64,000 bases of DNA from Gemmatimonadaceae bacterium (GCA_051859245.1 JBHYGA010000009.1:1-64000); one strand, 5' to 3'. Positions 1 to 9,207 are shown, counted from the stretch's first letter. The notes: generated by a model not told the origin, from the letters alone. Numbers and translations: made by a program.

Positions 1-73
1 CCCCGCCCGCTCCCGGCGCGCCCGGCCGGCCGTGAGCGCGGAGGCCCCGGTGGGCTCCCGGCCCCCCCCGCAC

Positions 74-117
74 AAAAAAAACCGCCCCCGGACTCTCGAA
101 AGAGCCCGGGGGCGGTT
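74..117 (-). terminator. Rho-independent terminator of the small lipoprotein gene
   Basis: Minus strand reads AACCGCCCCCGG-G-CTCT-TTCG-AGAG-T-CCGGGGGCGGTT followed by a T-run: long GC stem, UUCG loop and U-tract just after the stop at 135. Confidence 0.9.
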
Positions 118-134
118 CACTCTGCCGAAGCAGA

Positions 135-335
135 TTACATGGAGGAGCTGTCGGGCGTGGCCGGCGGCGTGGTCGAATCAGCCGGCGGTGTCATCATGCT
201 GCTATCCATGGCCGGGGCTGCCGGCGTGGAGTCAACCATCGCGGCCGGGGCTTCTTCCGTGGCCGGGGCCTCTTCCTTGGCGCCACCGCAAGCAGCAAGC
301 ACGATCGCGGCGGTAATCAGGGCAATACGCTTCAT
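135..335 (-). CDS. Small low-complexity lipoprotein (66 aa)
   Basis: MKRIALITAAIVLAA-C lipobox; GAGGA RBS upstream of ATG 335; mature part rich in Pro/Ala/Ser/Thr/Asp/Met; has its own promoter and terminator. Confidence 0.85.
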   Translation of the reverse strand: MKRIALITAAIVLAACGGAKEEAPATEEAPAAMVDSTPAAPAMDSSMMTPPADSTTPPATPDSSSM

Positions 336-431
336 GGGATTCCTCATACGGTTTGTAGTCACCACGTGCACCCTGACCCGCTATCCGGACCTTAGGCGTA
401 GGCACGGCCTCCCGCTCGGAAGGACGAGAGC

Positions 432-459
432 AATGTAGGACTTTCGACCTACCTGTCAA
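432..459 (-). promoter_or_regulatory. Sigma70-type promoter for the small lipoprotein
   Basis: Minus strand TTGACA-N16-TACATT about 100 nt upstream of the start codon. Confidence 0.65.
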
Positions 460-618
460 GAGACAGGTTGCGTGAGATCGACCCTCGCAACTCGCCTTGC
501 CACAACAAGTTCGGCTCTTTGGTCCCTCACGCCGTGATACCGTGGGCACGATCTGCGGCCGTTGTGCGCTGTGTACTGTGACGGCCATGCACGCCGACTT
601 TCCTTCTGCCAAAGTTTC

Positions 619-2070
619 GTGACCAGACTCCCCGATACGCTCGGCGCATTGCGCCGCTCTGCCTGGGCCGACCCCAGTCGTCCGCGCACTGTAAAAGACG
701 AAGTGCGCGCTAATCTCATCGCGCGACTCAAGGCGGGTGGCCCACTCTTCAACGGTGTGCTCGGTTATGAAGACACCGTCATGCCGCAAATCGTCAACGC
801 GTTACTGTCGCGACACAATTTTATTTTGCTCGGACTGCGCGGGCAGGCCAAGTCGCGCATTCTTCGCGCACTCGGTACGCTGCTCGACGAACAGATGCCT
901 GTGGTTGCCGGCAGTGAAGTGAACGACAGTCCGTTCGCGCCCATTTCCAAATACGCGAAGCAACTCATTGCCGAACATGGCGATGATACACCGATTGCGT
1001 GGGTGTCGCGCGATGAACGTTATGTCGAAAAACTCGCCACGCCCGATGTCACCGTGGCTGATATCATCGGTGATGTGGACCCCATTCGTGCCGCGCGTGG
1101 TGGGCATTTGTTGAGTGACGAACTCACCATGCACTACGGCATGTTGCCGCGCGCCAATCGCGGAATTTTTGCATTGAATGAGTTGCCCGATCTCGCCGGA
1201 AAAGTGCAGGTGGGTTTGTTCAACATCATGCAGGAAGGCGACGTGCAGATCAAAGGTTATCCTGTGCGTCTCAAGCTTGATGTGCTGTTGTGCTTTACCG
1301 CGAATCCGGAAGACTACACCGCACGCGGCAAGATCATTACACCGCTCAAGGATCGCATTGGCAGCGAAATCATCACGCACTATCCAACAAGCGTGGATAT
1401 GGGCGTGAACATTACGCGTCAGGAAGCATGGACTGATCGCGGCGTCATGCCGCAGCGCATTCCTGATCTTGTGCGCGAAGTGGTGGAACGTGTGGCGTTT
1501 GAAGCACGTGACGACAAGCGCGTGGACAAGCGCAGTGGTGTGTCGCAGCGCATGCCGATCACCGTGCTCGAAAATGTTGTGTCAAATGCTGAGCAGCGCG
1601 CGATCCTCAAGAACGAAAGCGAAGCCGTCCCGCGCATTGCTGACATCTACGCCGCGTTGCCTGCAATCACCGGCAAGATGGAACTCGAGTACGAAGGCGA
1701 ACTGGTGGGTGGTGCGGCCATCGCGCACGAGCTGATTCGTCGTGCGTGTCACGAAACACTCGAAGCGCGCGCGGGCGAAGTGGACGCCGACGAAGTGGTG
1801 ATGTGGTTTGACGGCGGTGGCGCGCTGCAGGTCGCGGATGACGCCGCCACGCCGCTCGTGCGTCAGGGATTTGATGTGGTGCCGGGTTTGGTGAACACAG
1901 TCGTTGCGCTCGGCCTCGCACCCAAGAACGACTCGGCGCTCGTGGCTGTAGCGTGCGAAGTGGTGCTCGAAGCACTCGTCGCTCGGCGCAAGATCAGCCG
2001 CAGCGAGCAGGGGCAATACGGAAAGGCCGAGCGTGAACGGAGACGGCCGAACCAGGAGTACTTCGGATAG
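619..2070 (+). CDS. AAA+ ATPase, Mg-chelatase ChlI/MoxR-like (partner of vWA protein)
   Basis: Walker A GLRGQAKS, Walker B-like FALNELPDL, GDVDP and TANPEDYT..G motifs; start placed at GTG 619 (the ORF opens at 562). Confidence 0.85.
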   Translation: MTRLPDTLGALRRSAWADPSRPRTVKDEVRANLIARLKAGGPLFNGVLGYEDTVMPQIVNALLSRHNFILLGLRGQAKSRILRALGTLLDEQMPVVAGSEVNDSPFAPISKYAKQLIAEHGDDTPIAWVSRDERYVEKLATPDVTVADIIGDVDPIRAARGGHLLSDELTMHYGMLPRANRGIFALNELPDLAGKVQVGLFNIMQEGDVQIKGYPVRLKLDVLLCFTANPEDYTARGKIITPLKDRIGSEIITHYPTSVDMGVNITRQEAWTDRGVMPQRIPDLVREVVERVAFEARDDKRVDKRSGVSQRMPITVLENVVSNAEQRAILKNESEAVPRIADIYAALPAITGKMELEYEGELVGGAAIAHELIRRACHETLEARAGEVDADEVVMWFDGGGALQVADDAATPLVRQGFDVVPGLVNTVVALGLAPKNDSALVAVACEVVLEALVARRKISRSEQGQYGKAERERRRPNQEYFG

Positions 2071-2079
2071 CAGTCCGGA

Positions 2080-2120
2080 TGATGCGCGACCGCAACACAT
2101 CCTGCTCCTTCATTACAACA
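2080..2120. promoter_or_regulatory. Pair of putative enhancer-binding-protein sites
   Basis: TGATG-N8-CAACA (2080-2097) and TGCTC-N8-CAACA (2103-2120), 23 bp apart, 100-140 bp upstream of a sigma54 promoter. Confidence 0.6.
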
Positions 2121-2219
2121 GTTGGAAAGAGCGATTTTGTGACTGTGAGGGTGAAGGGGATTCCCTGACGGAAGCGCTCTTCTCTGGTACCGGCTCTGTG
2201 ACGAAATCAGAGCCATGGG

Positions 2220-2234
2220 TGGCACGCGCTTTGC
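2220..2234 (+). promoter_or_regulatory. Sigma54 (-24/-12) promoter of PEP-CTERM gene 1
   Basis: TGGCACG-CGCT-TTGC, a perfect consensus with GG and GC 12 bp apart. Confidence 0.85.
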
Positions 2235-2299
2235 CCTTAGTGGGTTCGATAGCGGGGACAGCCTCCGCTTTGGAAAACCCTACAGCTTTTGGAGTTCGA

Positions 2300-3010
2300 A
2301 TGCGTTTGTTCTTGACTGGTGCTTTGCTTGTCGCCGCCACTGCGTCTCAGGCCTCGGCGCAGATCGCGTTCTCCAGCACCGCGGGAAATGTGGTCGCGGC
2401 CGGTCAAACCGTCTTTTTGAACTTCGACCTGCTCACCCCTGGGTCGGTGACGTTCGGCGGCAACTATTCGATTCTTTCCGGCACGACGTCAGGCATCGCG
2501 GCCGCTCCGTTCGGCGGCAGCGGAAACTACTTCGCGGTTCCCAAGACTTCGAACTCTGGCGCCGTGGAGACGTGGACTGCGACGATCAACTTCCAGAACT
2601 TCATCGCCGGTCGTGCGCTCAAGTCGCTGAGCTTCCTGTGGGGTTCGGTTGATACCTACAACACGCTCCAGCTGCTTGATGCCAACGGGAACGTGCTGGA
2701 AGACGGCCTGAACAACATTCTCGCCAACACCACGATCCTCGGCGGCCAGCTGCCCCCGGCAAATGGTGATCAGGGCAATGCGGCGACCAATCGTCGTCTT
2801 CAGTTGAACTTCTCCGGATCTGCGGCCACGGATTTCAGCCAGCTTCGCTTCACGTCGTCGCAGCGTGCCTTTGAAGTTGATGATTTCGCCGCGGAGTTCG
2901 TTGTTGATCGCGTCGAAGTCCCCGAGCCCGCCACGCTCTCCATGCTGACGTTCGGCATCGCGATGCTCGGCGTCGCCGGCGCCCGCCGCAAGCGGAACGC
3001 GACCGTTTAA
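2300..3010 (+). CDS. PEP-CTERM sorting-domain surface protein 1 (resembles the Npun_F0296-type domain)
   Basis: GGAG RBS; signal peptide ending ASA-Q; WGSVDTYN and AFEVDD motifs; C-terminal VPEP, TM helix and RRKR. Confidence 0.9.
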   Translation: MRLFLTGALLVAATASQASAQIAFSSTAGNVVAAGQTVFLNFDLLTPGSVTFGGNYSILSGTTSGIAAAPFGGSGNYFAVPKTSNSGAVETWTATINFQNFIAGRALKSLSFLWGSVDTYNTLQLLDANGNVLEDGLNNILANTTILGGQLPPANGDQGNAATNRRLQLNFSGSAATDFSQLRFTSSQRAFEVDDFAAEFVVDRVEVPEPATLSMLTFGIAMLGVAGARRKRNATV

Positions 3011-3021
3011 GTTGACACCCA

Positions 3022-3100
3022 CCGAGGCGACGGGAATCGTCGCCTTGGCGCAAATACCTCGCGCGCCTCGTGCTCCGGATCTTCGGACACGAGGCGCGCG
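3022..3100 (+). terminator. Two tandem stem-loops downstream of PEP-CTERM gene 1
   Basis: CCGAGGCGACG-ggaat-CGTCGCCTTGG (3022-3048) and CGCGCGCCTCGTG..CACGAGGCGCGCG (3060-3100); U-tract is weak. Confidence 0.55.
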
Positions 3101-3131
3101 TTGCGTTGGCGATCACTAGCTTCCGACCGCC

Positions 3132-3857
3132 ATGCCACCACGCCGACTCTCGCACGCTCAGACCGCACAAAAAATCGTCGAACAGCTCGAGCTGCCGAGT
3201 GTTCGGCGTCAGATGACGCGTTTGCGACGATGGTTTGGGAAGCACGGCCGAGATCTGCCGTGGCGCAAAACACGCGATCCGTATCACGTGCTCGTATCCG
3301 AGCTAATGCTGCAGCAAACGCAGGTCTCGCGCGTGATCGACTACTACGATCGCTGGCTCACGCGTTTCCCCACCCTGCACCACGTAGCCAAGGCGCGACC
3401 GTCGCAGGTGCGCGAGGCGTGGGAGGGGTTGGGCTACTACGCCCGCGCGCGAAATCTGCACAAGCTGGCCAAAGAGGTGTCACCCAACGGTGAGCCGAAT
3501 CATGCGCTGCCGGCCGATCCGGCCGAGCTGCAGGCGTTGCCCGGTATCGGGGCGTACACGGCGGGTGCCGTGGCGAGTTTTGCTTACGAAAAACGCGCGC
3601 CTCTGGTGGACACCAACGTGGCCCGGGTACTGCTCCGCCTCTACGCACCCGAGCATTCCCCCAAGAGCGGCATCGGTCAGCGCGTTGCCTGGGCTTTAGC
3701 CGAGGCGGTTCTGCCTCGCACCGGCAAAGCATCATGGACACATAATCAGGCCATTATGGAGCTTGGAGCGCTTGTTTGCACCGCCAGGGTTGCGCGGTGC
3801 GACGTGTGTCCATTGGCCGCGGAATGCCGGTCGGCCAAGCTGCCCGATTCGCCATAG
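3132..3857 (+). CDS. mutY: A/G-specific adenine glycosylase, short form
   Basis: LPWR..DPY, ELMLQQTQV, WEGLGYYARARNL, HhH LPGIGAYTA, VDTNV and 4Fe-4S motif C-X6-C-X2-C-X5-C. Confidence 0.9.
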   Translation: MPPRRLSHAQTAQKIVEQLELPSVRRQMTRLRRWFGKHGRDLPWRKTRDPYHVLVSELMLQQTQVSRVIDYYDRWLTRFPTLHHVAKARPSQVREAWEGLGYYARARNLHKLAKEVSPNGEPNHALPADPAELQALPGIGAYTAGAVASFAYEKRAPLVDTNVARVLLRLYAPEHSPKSGIGQRVAWALAEAVLPRTGKASWTHNQAIMELGALVCTARVARCDVCPLAAECRSAKLPDSP

Positions 3858-3872
3858 AATAGCTGAGTCCGC

Positions 3873-3890
3873 CGTTGCGTGAGCGCAACA
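3873..3890. promoter_or_regulatory. Putative enhancer-binding-protein site
   Basis: CGTTGCG-TGAG-CGCAACA near-perfect palindrome about 150 bp upstream of a sigma54 promoter. Confidence 0.65.
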
Positions 3891-4034
3891 AACCACGCGC
3901 ACCGGGCCACAGCGAACTCGACTGTAAATGGCTGGAATTCGGCGAGGTTCTGCGTTGCTCAGACGGACCATAAAGACTTGTCTTGCATGTAGTTAGTCTG
4001 CGCCGAGCGCGACTGTGCCAAATCCTGGAATGGT

Positions 4035-4050
4035 TGGCATGTTTTGTGCT
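4035..4050 (+). promoter_or_regulatory. Sigma54 promoter of PEP-CTERM gene 2
   Basis: TGGCATG-TTTT-GTGCT, with GG at 4036 and GC at 4048. Confidence 0.75.
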
Positions 4051-4103
4051 TTTCATCACGACGATCGAGTGATTCCCACCACCTAGTTTCGCGAGCGTCG
4101 CAG

Positions 4104-4799
4104 ATGAATCGTTTCAAGACATCATTACTTACCGCAGGCCTCGTGCTGCTGCCCTCGCTCGCGAGCGCGCAGACCGACATCTCCACCACTAACCCGGCCA
4201 ACTGGACGGGCTGCGCCACCCAGGTTCCGGGCTCGTGCACACCCGCCGGCGCGACCGGTTCGATCGGTCTCGCCGCTGGCTGGAAGCCTGGTCCCTGGAT
4301 TGCCCCCGATGGACAGACGAGCCGCTCGCCCAGCGGACCGGGCGAAAACCCGGCGTGGTCGCTCAACTACGGCTACAAGTTCCTGAGCGACGGCTTCACC
4401 TCGGCGACCTTCTCGGTGACCCGTTTCCAGCTCGACAACTACCTCGTTGGCTTCTACCTGAACGGCGTTGAGCTCGAGCCCCTCTGGCGTGTGGGCTCAA
4501 TCATCGATCCGCTCGGCACTGATCCGGCGAACTACGGCGGCATTCCCGCGCTGCCGAACGGCGAAAACTGGACCAAGGTGTTTGGCTTCGTCGCGTCCGG
4601 CGATCTGATCGACGGTGAGAACCTGTTCGAAGTGCGCACCACCGGTAACGGTGTCACGGACGGCATGGCGCTGAACGGCGAACTTCGCCTCAGCGACCCT
4701 GGCATCGTGCAGGTTCCGGAGCCGGCATCATTCGCGCTGATCGTGTTCGGCCTGGGTGCACTCGGTGTGACGGCGCGCCGTCGCCGCAACGTGGCCTGA
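4104..4799 (+). CDS. PEP-CTERM sorting-domain surface protein 2
   Basis: Signal peptide MNRFKTSLL..LASA-Q; C-terminal VPEPASFALIVFGLGALGVTARRRR. Confidence 0.9.
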   Translation: MNRFKTSLLTAGLVLLPSLASAQTDISTTNPANWTGCATQVPGSCTPAGATGSIGLAAGWKPGPWIAPDGQTSRSPSGPGENPAWSLNYGYKFLSDGFTSATFSVTRFQLDNYLVGFYLNGVELEPLWRVGSIIDPLGTDPANYGGIPALPNGENWTKVFGFVASGDLIDGENLFEVRTTGNGVTDGMALNGELRLSDPGIVQVPEPASFALIVFGLGALGVTARRRRNVA

Positions 4800-4819
4800 G
4801 CAAAACACCACGCAATTCC

Positions 4820-4855
4820 AAAGCCCCCGACAACTCCGTGTTGTCGGGGGCTTTT
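4820..4855 (+). terminator. Rho-independent terminator
   Basis: AAAGCCCCCGACAAC-tccgt-GTTGTCGGGGGCTTT-T. Confidence 0.9.
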
Positions 4856-4886
4856 GCGTGTTGTGCATTCCGGTGAGTTTTAGCTG

Positions 4887-5477
4887 ATGCGTCCCATCAT
4901 TGAAGGACTCGCGTTCGCCCTCGCCGTTGTCAGACCGCTGATCCTCGGCGCAGCCGTCCTCACGGGCATCGCCGCGATCGGTTCGTGGGCCGCGCGCACG
5001 CGTCGCATTTCGCCGTTCTCACCGATTGCGCGCTTTACGCGTCAACGCGTTGATCCAATGTTCGCGCCCGCAGAAAAGCGATTGCTGCTATCGGGCGGTC
5101 AACCGGCGCAAGCGCCGTGGTGGACACTCGGCGCGGTTGTGGTTGGCGGACTGCTGTTCATCTCCGCGATGCAGTTCATAATCACGCAACTCGCAATGGC
5201 CGATGTGGCCGCACGATCAGGTCCGCGCGGCATCATTCGACTGCTGATCACGTGGACGTTTGCTGTGCTCAAGCTCGGCATCATTGCGCGTGTGATCGCG
5301 AGCTGGGTGGGCGGATCGCCGTACAAAAAACTCTGGCGGTGGGCGTTTGTTATCACCGATCCGATTCTCGTGCCGCTGCGCCGAGTGCTGCCAACGTTTG
5401 GACCAATCGATGTGTCGCCGCTGGTGGCATACTTTGGGTTGAGCATCTTGCAGGCTGTGATACTCAGCGTGATTTAA
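4887..5477 (+). CDS. yggT: YggT family membrane protein
   Basis: Two YGGT-like repeats; ITDPILVPLRRVLP..GPIDVSPLV motif. Confidence 0.85.
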   Translation: MRPIIEGLAFALAVVRPLILGAAVLTGIAAIGSWAARTRRISPFSPIARFTRQRVDPMFAPAEKRLLLSGGQPAQAPWWTLGAVVVGGLLFISAMQFIITQLAMADVAARSGPRGIIRLLITWTFAVLKLGIIARVIASWVGGSPYKKLWRWAFVITDPILVPLRRVLPTFGPIDVSPLVAYFGLSILQAVILSVI

Positions 5478-5480
5478 TCG

Positions 5481-6746
5481 CTACATCTCGCGCAGTTCCG
5501 GGCGCCGCCTCACAATGAACCATGCAAACACCACCGTGATTGCGGCGCCAACACCCACCGCCCACTGCACGCCAAATACGCGCGCCATGGCACCCGCTGA
5601 GAGTGCACCGGCACTCTGCGACAACCCGATCAGAATCAGTCCGTAAAACGCCATCAGGCGTCCGCGGTATTCGTCGGCCACAAGCGTTTGCAGAATACCG
5701 TTGGCGAGCGAGTTGAACGTGATCAGCATGGCGCCGATGAGCGGCAACATGGCCAGCGCAATCCACGTGACGCGATTGAGCGCGAAGAACAGCAACAGCA
5801 CCGGATACACGAGTGCAGCGGTTGAAAGCAGTCGACCGCGACGCGCCTGCGACAGTGGACCCGCGAGCATTAGCGCGCCAACCACGCCACCAACTCCGAG
5901 CGCGGAGAGCAGTGAACCGTATCCACCAGCGCCGAGCAGCAACCGATCGCGCGCGAATACGGGCATGAGTGTAATCACGGGGCCGGCGAACACGGCACCA
6001 ACCGCAACGAGTGCGAGCAGATCACGCGCAAGTCCAGGTTGCATGAGATAACGCATGCCGTCGCGCACACTGGCATTGCTCGACGTAACAGCGTCGCGCA
6101 CCATGGCCACACTCCACTCGAGTGTGTCGCGTGCAGCACTCGGCCGTGCCAGTGCAACACGTTGCAGTCCCCACAACACAAACCCGTAGCTCAGGGCATT
6201 GAGTCCAAAGCACCATGCAATGCCGAGTTTGGCAATAACCACACCGCCAATTGCGGGACCGATCACTCGCGCGAGATTGAATCCGCTGGAGTTGAGCGCG
6301 ATGGCCGGTTGCAAGTCATCGCGTCCAACGAGTTCGAACACGAGTGCTTGCCGCGCGGGAATCTCCACGGTTGCGCACGCGCCATGCACCGCGGCGAGCA
6401 GCATGAGCAACGGGATTGTGATGTGTCCACTCCACGTGAGCAACCACAGCGCGGTGGCTTCGAGCAGGAACACCGTCTGCGCCACGCGTACAATGCGCAG
6501 GCGATCACCACGATCGGCGAGCGCGCCCGCGTGAAACGAGAAGAGCAGCATGGGCAGCGCGTTCATTGCGGCCACGAGTCCGACAACAAGCGCGCTGTTG
6601 GAGAGCTCGAGTGCGAGCCATCCCTGCGCCATGGACTGCATCCAGGTGCCTATGAGCGACGCCGTCTGCCCCGTCCAGAAAATGCGGTACTCGCGGTGAC
6701 GGCGAAGTACAGCGAACGGATTGCGAGAGGTTGTGGGTGCGGCCAT
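5481..6746 (-). CDS. MFS transporter (MFS_3/DHA3-like)
   Basis: About 12 hydrophobic segments; GQTASLIGTWMQ, GALADRGDR and PARQALV motifs; start placed at ATG 6746. Confidence 0.88.
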   Translation of the reverse strand: MAAPTTSRNPFAVLRRHREYRIFWTGQTASLIGTWMQSMAQGWLALELSNSALVVGLVAAMNALPMLLFSFHAGALADRGDRLRIVRVAQTVFLLEATALWLLTWSGHITIPLLMLLAAVHGACATVEIPARQALVFELVGRDDLQPAIALNSSGFNLARVIGPAIGGVVIAKLGIAWCFGLNALSYGFVLWGLQRVALARPSAARDTLEWSVAMVRDAVTSSNASVRDGMRYLMQPGLARDLLALVAVGAVFAGPVITLMPVFARDRLLLGAGGYGSLLSALGVGGVVGALMLAGPLSQARRGRLLSTAALVYPVLLLFFALNRVTWIALAMLPLIGAMLITFNSLANGILQTLVADEYRGRLMAFYGLILIGLSQSAGALSAGAMARVFGVQWAVGVGAAITVVFAWFIVRRRPELREM

Positions 6747-6849
6747 TGATGCACACAAGATGGACGATTTCCGGTCTGCGGCGTAGACCCGGGATCGACT
6801 TGGCGCGTGAAAGCGTACTACTTGTATTCTCCCCATCCGAGTCCTGCAC

Positions 6850-8130
6850 ATGCGCCTGCACAGCTACACCAAGTTCAATCCTGCCCTTGCCGACGCCGTT
6901 GATCTGCAGGCGCTGCTCGACCAGCTGAGCGACTTCCTGTTGCAGTCGGGATTTGCCGGCACGGATGACCAGCGCTCCTGGTGGGGCGAGCCCGGCGAAG
7001 ACGCCGACCGCTCCATGGACGGCCTGCGCGAAGCCATTCTCAAGGCGCTCATCGAGGGTGGTCAGCTCACGCCCGAAATGCTGAAGGCGCTGCGTGGTGA
7101 GGGCGACGAGGTGAGCGAAGCCAAGCTCGCTGAGTTGCTCGACGGTCTGGTGCAGCGGCTGATCGCCGACGGATTTCTGACCATGGATCAGGCCGGCGAC
7201 GTGCCGTCAGGGCACCAGCCGGTGACCGGCAAGGGCTCGATGGGCCAGGCGGCCGCGCGCGACGTACAGTTCAAGCTGACCGACAAGGGCATGGACTTCC
7301 TCGGCCATCGCACGTTGCGTCATTTGCTGGGCTCGTTCGGCAAGAGCAGTGTGGGTTCGCACGATACGCCGCACTTGAGCACCGGCATTGAGGCCGACGC
7401 GTGGAGCAAGCCGTACGAGTTTGGCGACGTGCTCAACCTGGATGTAGCCGCCACGCTGTCGAACGCGCTGGCCCGCACCGGGTCGTTGGACGTACCGCTC
7501 GATCTGGACTACAGCGATCTCATGGTGCGGCAGTCGGAGTACCGGTCGAGCTGCGCCACGGTGCTCATGCTGGACACGTCGCACAGCATGATTCTGTACG
7601 GCGAGGACCGGTTTACGCCGGCCAAGAAGGTGGCGTTGGCGCTCACCCACCTTATTCGCACCCAGTTTCCGGGCGACACCATTCGCGTGGTGCTCTTCCA
7701 CGACTCAGCCGAGGAGATCCCGATTGCCAAGTTGGCCGGGGCGCAGGTGGGCCCCTACCATACGAATACGGCGGAGGGGCTCAAGCTGGCCCGGCGGCTG
7801 TTGATGGCGCAGAAGAAGGACATGCGCCAGATCATCATGATCACCGACGGCAAGCCGAGCGCGCTGACCATGCCTGACGGGCAGATCTATAAGAATAGCA
7901 TGGGGCTGGACGGGTACGTGCTGGCCGAGACGCTGCGGGAGGTGGCCGCCTGCCGGAAGAGCGGGATCGTGATCAACACGTTCATGCTGGCCCGGGACCG
8001 GGCGCTGGTGGAGTTTGTGCGTCGGATGTGCGAGATCGCGCGGGGCAAGGCGTACTTTACGAATACAATGACGCTGGGTCAGTTCATTTTGATGGACTTT
8101 TTGCGCCGGAAGACGAAGCGGGTGTCGTAG
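6850..8130 (+). CDS. vWA domain protein (partner of the ChlI/MoxR-like ATPase)
   Basis: MIDAS motif DTSHS...HTNT...ITDG in the C-terminal half. Confidence 0.88.
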   Translation: MRLHSYTKFNPALADAVDLQALLDQLSDFLLQSGFAGTDDQRSWWGEPGEDADRSMDGLREAILKALIEGGQLTPEMLKALRGEGDEVSEAKLAELLDGLVQRLIADGFLTMDQAGDVPSGHQPVTGKGSMGQAAARDVQFKLTDKGMDFLGHRTLRHLLGSFGKSSVGSHDTPHLSTGIEADAWSKPYEFGDVLNLDVAATLSNALARTGSLDVPLDLDYSDLMVRQSEYRSSCATVLMLDTSHSMILYGEDRFTPAKKVALALTHLIRTQFPGDTIRVVLFHDSAEEIPIAKLAGAQVGPYHTNTAEGLKLARRLLMAQKKDMRQIIMITDGKPSALTMPDGQIYKNSMGLDGYVLAETLREVAACRKSGIVINTFMLARDRALVEFVRRMCEIARGKAYFTNTMTLGQFILMDFLRRKTKRVS

Positions 8131-8157
8131 TGGTTTGGGGGTCAGCACCACACAATC

Positions 8158-8193
8158 TGTTGCGGTGGCCCAACATGTTGTAGATTGGCAACG
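8158..8193. promoter_or_regulatory. Two abutting putative enhancer-binding-protein sites
   Basis: TGTTG-CGGTGGCC-CAACA (8158-8175) and TGTTG-TAGATTGG-CAACG (8176-8193). Confidence 0.7.
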
Positions 8194-8334
8194 ACCCACA
8201 AATCTTGCCAATTTTTGGAAGGATGGTTCGCACTAGATCTTTTGAGTTGGCGCAAGTTGTTTGTTTTGAGTGTCTTACAGCTTTTTCTACACCATTCGTG
8301 TCAGTCCGTCGGTTGGCGGAAGCCTTCGCGAAGA

Positions 8335-8350
8335 CGGCACAGGACTTGCT
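8335..8350 (+). promoter_or_regulatory. Sigma54 promoter of PEP-CTERM gene 3
   Basis: CGGCACA-GGAC-TTGCT, with GG at 8336 and GC at 8348. Confidence 0.8.
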
Positions 8351-8426
8351 CCTCTACCTTCTCAGGAAGAGGCAATCAGTCTGCGGTCCTCTTCACGCAT
8401 CAAAAACCCCTATCCAAAGAGTAGAT

Positions 8427-9161
8427 ATGACGAAGACCTCATTTACCAAGATTGCGCTGGCGCTCGCCATCGCGGTCCCCGGCGTCGCTTCGGCGCAGCC
8501 GATCGTGAACCTGCAAACGCTCACGAGCAGCTTTTCGGATGCCGTGGGTGGAACCGATGTGACCTACAATGGCTCGAACACGACCACCAGTGGTGTGAAC
8601 TGGGGCGTCCCGTTTGGCCAGCCATTGCAGAGCGGCTACACCTTTGCGTCGCGTCCGCTTCCGCTCGCAATCGATCTTATCACCGGCAGCAACTCGTTTT
8701 ACCTTGGCGCCTTCAGCCACCAGAACTTCATCATCACGCGTGGCTCGTCGATTTCTCAGGTTCAGCTCAACCTGACGCTTGGTTTCGAAAACGCTGCGCC
8801 TGCCACGTTCTCGGAGTTCTTCAAGATCAACCATGTTGAGACGCCGAATGGCGAAGTCCCGTGCGCGGAAGGCGGTGAGCCGCTTTGCCCCGACCTCGTT
8901 ACCTTCGGCGGCCCGGGTTCGGGAAACAGCTTCGTGGTTGACGGCAACCGTTACAACCTCAATCTGAAGGGTTTCTCGACTTCAGCGGAGACGTTCATTC
9001 CGCAGTCGGAAAACGGCTTCCTGACGCTTGAAGAGCAGGACAACGTCGCGTTCCTCTGGGCCGACATCGCCCTGGTTGTGCCGGAGCCGACGTCGATGGC
9101 GCTCATGATGTTTGGTTTCGCCGGTCTCGGCGTCGCCGCTCGTCGTCGTCGCAACGCGTAA
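8427..9161 (+). CDS. PEP-CTERM sorting-domain surface protein 3 (THxN/choice-of-anchor-K-like)
   Basis: Signal peptide ending ASA-Q; SHQNF and HVETPN motifs; C-terminal VPEPTSMALMMFGFAGLGVAARRRR. Confidence 0.9.
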   Translation: MTKTSFTKIALALAIAVPGVASAQPIVNLQTLTSSFSDAVGGTDVTYNGSNTTTSGVNWGVPFGQPLQSGYTFASRPLPLAIDLITGSNSFYLGAFSHQNFIITRGSSISQVQLNLTLGFENAAPATFSEFFKINHVETPNGEVPCAEGGEPLCPDLVTFGGPGSGNSFVVDGNRYNLNLKGFSTSAETFIPQSENGFLTLEEQDNVAFLWADIALVVPEPTSMALMMFGFAGLGVAARRRRNA

Positions 9162-9207
9162 TGGGATCAGGGACATGTCCTAGTGACATGTCCTGACATC
9201 TTTGGAT

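Noticed and set aside
1..73. Extremely GC-rich low-complexity stretch at the window start
   Set aside because: No repeat unit or credible ORF; may be low-quality contig-end sequence
336..425. 5' leader of the lipoprotein with GCCTAA...GATAGCGGG, loosely like the 3' half of a c-di-GMP-I riboswitch
   Set aside because: The conserved GGCAAA, GNRA tetraloop and GACGCAAA elements are missing; an Infernal scan would settle it
487..502. Sigma54-like TGGCAAG-GCGAG-TTGC on the minus strand
   Set aside because: GG to GC distance is 13 rather than 12, and a good sigma70 promoter already explains the gene
2033..2299. Long N-terminal ORF extensions in the ORF track (also 4044, 8205, 13986, 30871, 36182, 46445, 51111, 60431)
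   Set aside because: They run through promoters or neighbouring genes; signal peptides, RBSs and domain starts support the downstream starts
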